From: Raillietiella orientalis
Taxonomy: Eukaryota
DNA: 64,000 nucleotides
Reading direction: 5' to 3'
Assembly: GCA_036172245.1 (NCBI GenBank)
Contig: JAYWIR010000017.1
Location: forward strand, 1,674,001-1,738,000
Position 1 is the stretch's first letter; each line of letters begins with the position of its first letter. Below are positions 52,666 to 64,000 of this stretch, one piece after another. A program made the position numbers and the translations under genes. A model generated the notes under the pieces. The model worked only from the letters and a program-made list of their open reading frames with translations, did not search any database and had not been told where the DNA came from.

Positions 52666-54429
52666 CTTGCATTTGAACGACACTCTTCCTTTATATCCGA
52701 TCGGTTCTTACTTTTGAAATTCTTCTCGTACATGACCAGGGACCCCTGGTTACATATGGATGAGGCTTGAAGAAAAGGAAGATGGTACAGAGTCTTCCTA
52801 CATAATATTTTCTGCGTTTGCAATTCTTTCTGTCAGATAAAATCGTCTCTCTTCAGCTCAATAAATTGGTTAAAATGGGTCAAAATTCCAGTTCATGTAG
52901 ATTTCAAGAAAAAACAGTTTAGTAAAGGATGGATATGCCTCCAACCGTGTGTAAGTATTTGCTGGTATGCTGATTTCTAGTACAGATAGATAATTGTACA
53001 TTCTCTAACAATTGTAGTGTTAATTAAATTTATTTTCAGGGATCTTATTGATAGTAAAAAAACATTCAGAAAAACTTTGTTTTGCCAACTATTACTAAGT
53101 TTGAAAAATGCGTCTTGTTCATATACAGTATCGAATCATGGCTAAAATTAGGACATATCAAATATTTGTGTGATGGACTAAACACTTTCCGATGAAAAGG
53201 TTTGAAAGATATAAAACTTGTACATCAGGACTCTTCATCGTGGGATACTTTATATAATGAAATGATTTGGACAAAATGGCAATCTTTCAGTCTTTCAGTT
53301 TCCCCATTGCACAGCCATTTCAGATGCAGTCACCCCAAGCTCGTGAACTAGTGTTACCCTTAACGAAAAACCGAGTAAAAGCAATGATTTCGTGTTTCCC
53401 CAAAAATGACACGAAAATTTCTCTAATAATGCAATACTTTCCTATTCTAATCGTGTCATTGGATTTTGACTTATGGTTATTATGGTTTTCACAAGCACAC
53501 CATAATTGAGATTGCTTCAAGAAATAGAGTCATATAAATATCTAAAAAATGCACCTACAGATCTGTACGTACCATTTGTACGTACGTCTACAGATCTGTG
53601 TCTTCACCTCATCCATCAAAAACCAGTTCTTTTATAAGGAGATTTGCTTTAATCAGCAAAGTAATACTTCAGCCATCCAATTGATGGAACGAATTGGTGG
53701 AATAGTAAAGTTAAAACGAATAGTAGAATACTCTGCTTTGATCTAACTTTCAGAGACGAATAGGCATTTAAAAAACATATGAAAAAGAATAACACGGAAC
53801 TAAATGTTTTCAAAAACAAATAAGCTGATAGGTTCCTTAAAAGACAGACCAGTTGAGTATGAGACGTTAAATCAGAATGCTTGTGAAGAAAATAGAACTA
53901 ATCGTTCCATTTCCCAGTTCCCTGTGATCTGAGTAGCCCACTAAGAATTGAGACTATTCTCCTATCGAGGATGTCGTTTTGTAATTTATAATACATTCAG
54001 TGCTAATTTTCTTTGGGAAAGTGACAGTTTCAAAAGTACCTTTTCATTCCCAGGAAATGCTCGAAGTTTTAGGAACGAATTTATAATGAATTCTCTACCT
54101 AGAACCGCTATGCATAAAGAGCACATATTTTTCTCTTGGGGTCCATTCATGCATAAAGAGCATGACTTTAGGGAGCCGTACGTCTTTCTGGTTCCTAGAA
54201 CTGCAAAGGTTTGCATTCTCTTCATTTTCTTCGACCTCGTTCTTCCACTCTTTAAAAATCATCTTGAAAGTGTTAAAGTTTCGAAGGAGAATTTGAAAAC
54301 GAGCAATGAACTGATACTCGCAAAAACGAATCCTACTTTTTCTGACCCTGTACCTATGGTAACACGTGCTTGTGGTCAGTAAAGAGAAGTTTTTAAAAGT
54401 TGCAGAGACGTAAAGCAAGTGTGAACTAA

Positions 54430-56050
54430 ATAAACACATGTCTTTCAGTGATGAAGCTACCGAATCTCTCAAGATGATAGCTTGCTCATCAAAAATGCAA
54501 GCTTTGAAACATATGGAAGAACCTCCTTCATCCTTTTGCAGAATTCATTGCCGAGGTGGAGAGTGTTGAACTTGAACAAGGTGTTGCTGACGGGTGAATA
54601 CGCTAACTTTGCAGCTGCACCCATCAGAGACCTAATAATATCTTCGTCTTGGACCATTTTTTTTTTTTGATGAACACCCAGCATGTTTTATTTTTCCAAG
54701 TTGATAACCAAAGTGATATTTCTCGATAGCAAACACACAGGGCACAAACAGGGAGCTCTTACAATGATGAGCGAAACCCCAGAAGCAAAGAAACTGAAAA
54801 AATCAATTTAGAATTTAGGAACTGGCTTTCGCCTCCAGTGAACACTTTCCGTTTAACCACATCATAATAAAGTTTTGATGAAGTAGTAATTGTCTTGCAG
54901 TTATAGAAACAAGATGGCTACTCTGAACGCCTAAAGATATTACCTAGGTAACAGAAACGCCTATAAAAAAAGGGAAAATATTTTGATGAATTAATGCAGA
55001 AAATAATCATTCGTTATTTTTCGGACCGACCAGGCACTGAAACTAATACAACTACGTGAGTACATCTTCAGAAAGGAACAGCGCAATTTACATATACGTA
55101 CATCTTTTGTGTACTGGATCTGTGGAAGCTTTTTGAAATTATAATGCGGGCATGTTTTAATGGATTGTCACTTTTTTCTCATGTGTGACTCATCTCTCTC
55201 TGTAAGGGTGATTTCTTTCCGAATTCCTTTAAAGGCCGTAATTCGAAATCCTATTCATTTTGGATTCCTATAGTCATTTTCAATTTGCCATAGAATTCAG
55301 TTGGGATATCTCGGTTTTATGCTGAGACAGAAATGATGAAGAAATGCTTTTTGGTCTTTTCATTTAGCATGAAAGATTTAGGCAAATCAAACAAATCTTG
55401 TAAATAGAAGGATTTTCAATATCGGGGGAGAAAAAAAAACATTTGCTCAAATAATTGCCGACCCTGAATGAACTTTTGCTGCTTCTTATTTGGTTATAGG
55501 TTTAAACAAATCCACCAATCCTCTGTACGGGAATTCTGGAAGCTCAAGGTGGAATTTTTTTACTGTCTTTGCAACTTTTTTTTTTGCATATCCTCTTCTT
55601 GTTCCGCTTCTTCCACAGCATCTCAAGAAACCCAGAGAAACTCTCACTTTCCCCATGCACTTTTCTCTACCCAACGAGAATTTAAGGCAACTTCCCGTGA
55701 TGCGTTTCTCGTTGTCAAAACATTCGAGACTTTGCACTCCTTCAAAGTCCCACCGAAGGAATGGGAAGATACGACTAACGTCCCTGACGACACGTCTGAG
55801 CAGCTTTGCATACGGCGAAATTTTGCAGGAATATCAAAATCAGTTTGTGAACATTCAGGAATGCTTTTCGGAGGCAGTAGCCGCATTATTTTTCAAAAGC
55901 ACTTCCTTGATTAGAACAAGCAGGGATATTAATCCTAATGGGCAGTTACGCTGTTTCCATACATTCCTTGGAAGATCAGGACGTTGATTTCCAAGTTCGA
56001 GTTCCATCAAATTATACTGATGCATTTCTCATAGCAATATAGCTTCATTC
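54430..56050 (-). pseudogene. Degraded NACHT/STAND NTPase-like sequence
   Basis: Frameshifted Walker-A-like GGAAATCAACG (G-K-S-T-like) at ~55982-55995, then a hydrophobic strand (LISLLVLIKEV), a sensor-1-like LKECKV..VLTTR at ~55707-55745, RVSLGF at ~55627-55644 and a winged-helix-like AAKLAY near 54600. Order and spacing fit NACHT. Confidence 0.4.
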
Positions 56051-59000
56051 AAACGTCTTTTCAGCATCTAAGGAACATAATTCAATACTGCTCACTTGGA
56101 GCTATGAGATGCGCATCTCGGGAGGCTGGTTTCAGAACCGATGCTTCAGTTTTATAATAGGGGTAAACTGTAAAACTGAAGTATGTGGCAGGAAAAAAGA
56201 ATCATGTAGCCAATCGAGGAAAACTAAAAGTTTGCTGAAAGTTGAAAACTGCAATTTTTTTTAAAATTTCGTGGAGGATGGACAAAGACGTTTAGTTCTG
56301 CAGCTACCATCAACGAGAGTGAAGAAAATGAAAAAAAAATGTCCGGATTCAATTAAAAATTGACTTTATTTCGTGAGCAGAGATGGAAATAGATAAGTAT
56401 TGATGATGGTTGTGAATGCAGAGCAGTGAGAAATATGAAAGAAAACGTGATATCATCCCAGTTAAAAACATGCAGATGCTCTCATCTTCGGCTGATGCTG
56501 ATTCTACTTTTCATGACCCAACGACACCCATCCACTTATCAACACGAGACGTAGCCGAGCAAAGATTAAAAGATCAGAGAAACAAAATAGACAGGCTTAA
56601 TGTCTCTGTAGAAAAGCAAAATGAATGGAATGGAACAAAATGGATGATCATGTGGATGACTGCCGATAATCTTTGAAGTAATGGATGAGGAATACACAGT
56701 AGTCATCAAAAGAACAAAACAAGACAAGGGGTCTATAAATACTGTGCACTACTGGATTACCGCCATAAGTAAGAAAGCTTCGATTTGGGAACTATCTTAA
56801 AGAATCTGAAACCAACTATTAAGACAGCATTAAGGGCTTAAGAGTCGAATGAATTAGGAGTGTTTTTAGAAACCAAGAGAATGGTTAGTGAAGATATATG
56901 GGAGGGGGGGGATAGTAGCGTTTCACCGTCTTGTTCACAATTAGGTCAAAAAGGTGGTCAAAAATTCCTTCATAATTATACTTTAAGATTTTTCGAAAAG
57001 ATTCAATTTTCAGTCTTTCATTCAAACTGAAAGCCAGACAGCATCGATAGAAGTGTGGGATTTATGAATATTCTCAGCATACACAAACAGCACCCTTCAA
57101 CAACTGTTTGCCGAAGACGAACAAATGAATAGAAGTTCAGAGGAAATTATCCAAGAACGGATCGTGGTTCTGTTGGACAATCGGGAATTCATTAGCAATC
57201 TCCAGCAAGCACCAGAATCTACCGGGATCGTGAAGAGAGATACTCAAAGAACTTGAGGTGTTAAAAAAAGAAGTCCAAGTACCATGAGAAATTTCGTGTC
57301 TTATTTTTTTTAATTTTTATTTTTTTAAGAGGAGTGGGAGGTGGAGTGGACTAAACATTATGTTGCTGTCACGAGAAACAGGGACACACAGCTGTTATTT
57401 TTCTCTGAAGCTGCATGTACAGCAATATGGGAACTGAAGTGCCTAATCAAGGACCAATATCGAGTTTTAAGTAGTGCTGGATTTCATTCCGTTTTTGCTG
57501 CTGTGAGAAACCAAGTCCTCTTGAGTCTCTTGAGAAATTAAAAGATAACACCCCCTTTACGAGCGATTTCGCATAAAATGATACATATCCTCCATCTTCA
57601 AGAAGCTAATTTTTGGTCCAATAAATTGCGTTGACTTAGATCTTTCCAAGCTGTCGTATTTTGCCTAAATTTAGTCTGATATGAAGGAATATACATTGTC
57701 CTTGCCTAAAACTGCAGCTGTGAAATAACAAATATCTAGCTAGTGTACTTTCCAATTCCGTTCTGAGCTGTCCACCTAGTTGTAACCTTTTCCCAATTCA
57801 ATTCAGAATCCATAGAAGTTTGGTAATGTTGCTGCTGATTTTATCGAGCCGGGCAGGACTTCATTATCCCAACGCCAATTTTTTTTTTTTTTTTTGGCTT
57901 CCTGGTTCAAAAAAGAAAGAGGAGCATTCACAGATCCTCAGAGAGATGCCTCCTGTAGAACTAATCATTTTCTATACATGTGTTCCAAAGCGAGTAGCAA
58001 ATGCGGACGCATTACTTTCTCGCTGCTACTATGTGCAGCCTTCTGTGGCCTATGGCAGACTGAGACACTTTTTGATACATTTCCTGGCTAAAAGCTGAGT
58101 TCTGAGATGACAGATGGTCATCTCCCTACATTCCTTCGCATAAACTCATCTGAAAGCTAATGGAAGTTCGACAATACCTTTCCTCGATTTTCAGACTAAC
58201 TTAAAACTGAAAAAGAACTCCTGGAGTCGATCACGAAAAATATAGACGATGGAAAATGTCCCTTTCATCAGATCTCCCTGAATGGTTTTCCTTGGAGATT
58301 AATAAACGCTCGAGCAACCCCAAGTACGAAGGAATGAAAGCTGACAGGATCTCCAGTACGAAATAGACCTACTATGGTACGCAGAAGAAAAAAAAAAAAA
58401 GATCAAGAGATGCAGAAATCACAGGAACTAAACTGTACATCTCAAGGGAACTAATTGGAAAATGGAAACTGCAAATTGGATATCAGAAACAGAGGTACGA
58501 TTGGGGATTGTATAAACCAATGACGAATTTTCAACGCAAAAGCGGAAGAGGCAAGTAAAAAGAAGACAGTGCTTGCTAACTATCGAACTAGCAAGGTGGT
58601 AAAACAGATGTGAACCCGGAATGAACATCGGAAACCATAAAAGGTGTGTACGGGAAGGAAATACTACAGAAGGTCCATTCCGAATCCGATGCTCTTCACA
58701 GTTTTCCAGACTCGAGATGTTCTGTAACTCTGAGCTGAAGAGAGCTGAAGAGACACTGGAGATATGGATTAAACATACCTAAGCTGCAACGCACAAGTCC
58801 ATGAACGAAGGAAAGAAAATGGCTCAACACCTACACTGTCTGAAGGCTCAAGACAGCGCAGAAAGAGTCAAGGGCGCGCATAGGTTCCCAGATCGATACG
58901 TATATTAAGAGCAGTGATCGTAATGATTTTGCCAGAAAACGCTTCCTAATGACATGGCTTCGTTGGTTTTCATAGAAGCAACTCTGTTTCTATAAGATGT

Positions 59001-59059
59001 AGCTACTCAGTTCCCTTTCCTTGCACTGGAACGAATGCGGTGCTGATCAAAATCGCAGA

Positions 59060-59410
59060 TCATTAAAATAAACATATTGCAATCCATATCTATTATCCAT
59101 ATTTAGGATATTATTGACAGTTATATCATAGAAACGAATATGTTATTGCGATTCGGTGAAGCACATTTTATTAATACAATTAATAAGCTGTTGATGATAT
59201 TGTTGATATATGCGTTAAAGATTATATGTATTGATACATGTATTTATGTAACGATTAACATATGGATTGTATCCCTGAATCTTAACAAATATATCTGTTC
59301 CAATAATATTACCGCCAATAACATGCATGTTGATAAATATAAACAACCACGTATGTAAAAATAAATTTGCATATCAATCTACGTAGAATAAGCATATTCG
59401 TTTTTTATCA
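59060..59410. repeat. AT-rich nested inverted repeat (MITE/fold-back-like)
   Basis: AAACGAATATGTTATT (~59133) pairs with AATAAGCATATTCGTTT (~59386). An inner pair GATATATGCGTTAAAGATT / AATCTTAACAAATATATC lies around 59205-59295. Confidence 0.5.
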
Positions 59411-61399
59411 ACTTTCGGGATTACTTTGACCAGGATTTCCGCGTTTAAGATTTGAGACCGGGCCCGAAGAAATGCTGGATCAAAACAGTATAATTCTCTT
59501 GTGTGTGTATTCTAGAATCACGCTTTATATTCTGATGATAAAAAGCAAAACAAAAAACTTTAGAGCTGTTGCAGTGGGGATAACAGATTGGATTAATTAA
59601 CAGGACAGGCAGGATTCATGAGACATTACTACATCTAAGAACAGACCTCTATGGAAAACCTCCAAAATATTCTGAAAGCACAGCTGATACTCGAGCCAGC
59701 TACCGCTGGACCAGAAAATATCGACTTTCGGTTTTAAAGCTGTGGGTTCAGTGTGAAGGGACAAAGGACACGGGAGCGTTGCATGCTCTGAATTTTCTCG
59801 GATTTACAGAAAAGATTTGCCAAGTGCACTCGATCAAAAATCAACGTGCCTGAATGCTGGAAGAATTCGAGGAAGCTACAAACAAGTAAAGATGGCGAGC
59901 GGTCCTTCATCGGCGGAAAAAAAAAAAAAAAAGAAACATTAAAATTGAGGATTCAGGCTAGCCCGAGGACATATTGCACGAAAAGGGGGGAAATCGCAGG
60001 GAAATTCTCATGTGCTCCTGGAGAAAATAGATAGGAAAGGTCGGACCCCACAAAATACACAAGTTGACGAATGATGGAATGGAACATGATAGACACGTTA
60101 GACGGAGGGAAAACTCGATGCGACAAGGGAATATCTCTTCTTAATGTACTCATTTAGCTTCGTGTCACCCTAATAAATCAAAGGAGTGCGCTGTCCTTTT
60201 ACTTTATTATATTTTGATGATTACGTCCATGTTAAGAAAGCACAAATGAACGAAGGGGAGGATTTCTACCATCTTCTCGGCTTGTCTCCTTTCTCCAACT
60301 CGCCCTCGCGACTAGACGGTGAGAACTTTTGAGCATCTCTCATTACTGGTGGTGATCCATCCAGTGTTTGTAATGCGTATCCCAGGAGTATTGGACGTTC
60401 GAGAACACCATATGTCCTTTGATGTGCTTCTTCGCTTCTCCGGAATTCTTAATTCCTTCCATACTTCGTCGTTCGACGGCTCCCAAGATCTTAGAGACCG
60501 TAAGACGGGTTGCTTTCACATTGCGGGCATACCATGAGTTAGAGAGTTATAGCTTTCGTGAGTTGTATGCTACGAACCTTAGGTCAACGCAGGTGGCACC
60601 AAAAACCATAACTAGTGACCACGGAGCATGCTTAATTTTTGCCTCGATTATAAAAGCTGCTCTTATGGATTTGATGCATCCATACATCGATAATTTATTT
60701 TCCTTTAGTTTATCTTTCATTTTAGCTTATGAAAGCATCTAACGAGATTTCAGAGAGCTCAATGCATTTTTCTTTCAATGTAGCCAAAGCTTCTCAGCAT
60801 ACATGCTTTGCACGAGGCCACCTTATTTTCTGATGGAAAATGATTTAACTCCAACAAAGATGTGATAGGGAAGATAGTAGGTTTCATCTCTATTAACATA
60901 CTTTCAGCACAAAAGGCAGGGATCTACTGCAAGAGAAAAGAAAGGTAAGGAAAATTCAGAAATCTGCCATGATTTCTCTGCTGCAAAATGTTTGCTGCGG
61001 TAATATCATAGCAGACTTTATTGCTCGGTTCGCGAAACTCGTTGACTATTTGACAGCTGAAAAAAAAAAAAAAAAAATGGGATGCTTCGTGAGTTATGAG
61101 TGCATTTCGGATGCACATAATAATATGGAAATATTTTTTTTTTTACTGGATTTTCACTGATTTTTCTTCCTATTTTCCTTACAATAAATGTACAGAGGCA
61201 AATTGAATTGAACAAACAAATGGATTCTTTGTGGAAGGATGTTTTTCGTCATGAGTACCTTAAGAGAGGAAAGAAATCTCAATCGAGTCAGACAAATTCT
61301 AGCTGAATCGTGCGTTTCCGTCCATTCTTCGAGCCAATCTTGCAGAGGTTTGACGAAATGGCTGGGCCGAGAAAGTATTTCTTTCCGATTCGCGAGAGA

Positions 61400-62960
61400 G
61401 AACAATCAATTAAAATCATCGGAGTGGCGCTGGCTTCATGGGAATCCCCGATGCAAAAAGAGTACTGCCATATCCTAGAGTGGGAAGTATAGCGGATAGC
61501 CACTCTTAACCGTTGTCCAAACATGCCACCAGTTGGTTTGCAGGAATCCCCAAACGTTTTGCCCGCCACACTATTTCCCGGGCTCGCACACTCGTTGTAG
61601 CCATACTCGGTCTGTCAACTGGTCACCCACCCACCCACCTCGAAGTTCTCGTCTTCTTGCAACTGTGCAAGACACCTTCCATGACGCCGGTCGACTACTG
61701 CGTCTTTCCCATAGGGAAGACAACGGTGTGACCATTCAAGCAGGAACTTGACTTCCACGGAGCAACCACAGGACACTCTCTGTCAACTGCAAGCAACCGC
61801 CTTTGCAGTGAGAAAGTCGCCCACGGACACATCAAAGTGGTTCAAGGCACCATCCACATGCCTCCCCGTGAGAATCCATTCGACTGTGTCTGCAATCTCA
61901 CGGATGCGACTGCTGACTTCTCCCTGGCGGTGCAAATGTCTGTTTCTCAACGAATCATCTTGATGAATTTTTCGAACGATGCTGCTGGGAAAAGCAAAGG
62001 GGTGAGCTGGGGTGAGCAAAGCCACCTGGATACAGTCATCGGAGTAGGCCGTCACGACAGTCGCGGAGGAGGTCGAGCTGGGCGAGGCTCCCAGAGTTTC
62101 ACTCCATGAATTCTGGCTGAGCTCAAAGCAGATGCTAAGAGGCACAGAACGCAACCTGTCCCTTTCCTGATCGCCTCTTCCTTATGGGCACGCCGCACAC
62201 GTGGTGTGAGCTGAAAAAAGGATGTTATTATGCTCATCGAACCAGTGCAAGCACAGGTATTCCAGAAATGGAAGAACGAGTGTAGTCTGGCGTTCCAAGA
62301 GCTTTAGGCGAAGCTTCTTTTCGCAGATTTGGTGGGATATCCGAAGCATTCGTCACTTCCGTTCTCTGGGTTGCCTCGTCGTTTCCGGAGACATGATGAG
62401 TTTTTATCAGTCCCTCAGCTTTCTGCAATCTCAACCTGGTTTGCGCTTGTTGTCCTACATAGTTCTACCAAGAACAGTGCATGGTCTGCGCTGCTCTTTG
62501 GACTGGGCTGCCAACCGCACAGTTTCGACAGCAACTCAGAGTCCTTATTCACTGAAGTGATCGACACGGATTGTGGTGGCTGCGCAAGTCCCTTCCCTCA
62601 GAAAGAAGTTTACTTATGTGGTGAGCTCGAGAACCGGGAAACCAGTTCTACAAAGGAGCTGTCGCAGAATTTTGCTGGAAAATCATATCTCTCGGTGCCT
62701 TCATCAGCAACTTGAACTTATGGAGTGAGGACTCTAGCTCTTGTGCAAAGCTCTGGTAGAACTCCGACAGCTGTCAGACCAAACTCTACCGATAGCTATC
62801 TGAGAGGCCTCGTCGAGCAGCTGGCAATCCTGAGAGATGTCAAGAACTGCCTTGCAAAAATGGATCACTGATAAATTATCTGCTCCAATTTTTAGAAAGC
62901 TTTGAAAATGAAACGTTTTTTTCCTGAGTGGACAATCCGTCCATGGTGATTCACCCAAGC
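61400..62960 (-). mobile_element. Degraded non-LTR retrotransposon reverse transcriptase region
   Basis: VVTAYSDDCI (YxDD) at 62035-62046, preceded by AIRKGTGCVLCLL (an RQGCPLSPLL-like motif). Multiple frameshifts. Confidence 0.65.
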
Positions 62961-62974
62961 CGAAGCTGAAGCCG

Positions 62975-63140
62975 AGCTGGAGATCTCCGGCGTTGGGCGC
63001 CGGTGCTAAGTAGAAAGGAGCTGCCGGTGCTCCGCTCTCCCTTCCTTTATTTATTTATCGTTCCCTTCTCTCCCGCTTCGAGTTCCCCAGTGGACGACTC
63101 GCATCTCGATGATCCCTCCCCAGGAACTTCTTCCTGTTCC
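62975..63140 (+). mobile_element. Short L1/Tx1-like 3' end (plus strand)
   Basis: LEISGVGRRC* resembles the SEITGIHSRF* and KEIVAIQRRF termini of the 24-kb copies. It is followed by the same style of CCCTTCC-TTTATTTATTT...GATCCCTCCCC 3' UTR. Confidence 0.5.
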
Positions 63141-63399
63141 TTTTAGGAAGACTGCGTTCCCAACTTGTTTGTTAATCTTTTCTAAAGGAAACCTGCGGAA
63201 AGAGTAACGAAGCGAAAACCACTCTCTTCAAAGTGGTAGTCACTGTAGTCACGTGTCTGTACCTCACGTTGCAGCCATTCTTCCCATCCTAGGATCCGCA
63301 ACGAAGTTTCTGATGCCTAATAAACAGGAAGATTGAAAATTCGCGGGATTTGTTAGTCTTCGGGACGCCTACAATTGTTCCTAAACATCTAGCTCACCC

Positions 63400-64000
63400 T
63401 CTGCGGCATCACAGGGGAAAGGGAGACAAACAAAAAGAATAAAATAAAATAAAAGAATAATGGAAATGAACAAAACACCCTGTAGAGCCGGGAAGGGATC
63501 ACGGTTCGCTGGAGGGTGCAGGGGAAGATGCCGGCAAGTTCCGGTCTCAATACTCCCACATCTTGACTCTATCCTCATGAAAAGGACAGCAGAGTAGATG
63601 GCGTCTTTGTCGTTCTGGCCTACTCTGGCGTTGCTCCATGCAGCCACGATCCCGCGTGGACAGCGAAAGTGCTGCTAGGGATGAGGCCGGAGTGAGGGCG
63701 CCGGACCGGAAGAGGAGCTTTCAAACGTCTCTGGCGTTGCCGCCGGGGGTTGCAAGGGTCGCGGCAAAGCGTCCCCGAAGCGAACTGCGAACTGGATGGC
63801 GTCCATGTCGTCTCGTCCTCTATCGACTTCGCTTCAGGCTGCCACAATCACGCAGCCCTGGCAGCAAAGTGCTGCTAGAACTGCTGCTGGCTTCAGGGCA
63901 TTTCTCACAAAGAGGAGAGCCGTATGACATCCTTGGAGCTGACAACCGAGGTCCGCAGAGACGTCCCGAAAGGCTGCCACAGGAGTCGGAGTCCACAGGC
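63400..64000 (-). mobile_element. Tandem diverged non-LTR C-terminal fragments running off the window end
   Basis: Two related segments, VIVAA*SEVDRGRDDMDAIQFAV and IVAAWSNARVGQNDKDAIYSAV, share AAAGTGCTGCTAG at ~63666 and ~63866. A T-rich UTR-like tail follows on the minus strand. Confidence 0.45.

Noticed and set aside
61415..61510. Apparent pseudoknot/stem (GAGTGGC...GCCACTC)
   Set aside because: Lies within retroelement coding debris; short stems are likely chance.

Overview
Eukaryotic (arthropod, crustacean-type) genomic DNA with three compositional zones. (1) 1-26.7 kb and 47.5-64 kb are AT-richer debris. They hold an intact 4-exon PCNA gene (minus strand, 260 aa) flanked by stop-riddled reading frames, several decayed death-domain-like modules, a decayed NACHT-like frame, clusters of L1/Tx1-like non-LTR fragments, an internally deleted piggyBac, a fold-back mariner remnant and MITE-like inverted repeats. 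(2) 26,711-47,511 is a ~20.8-kb CpG/GC-rich block carrying two exons (TM6, TM7) of a leucokinin/kinin-receptor-like GPCR. The most notable observation is that this block looks like one discrete insertion. It is bracketed by the direct repeat CGCGTCT (26704-26710 and 47512-47518) and short imperfect inverted ends. Removing it rebuilds a single 255-nt phase-1/phase-1 exon with a death-domain-like translation. I found no transposase or recombinase inside it. Most ORFs in the supplied track within the GC-rich block appear spurious. All family assignments come from motif recognition by eye, not database searches.
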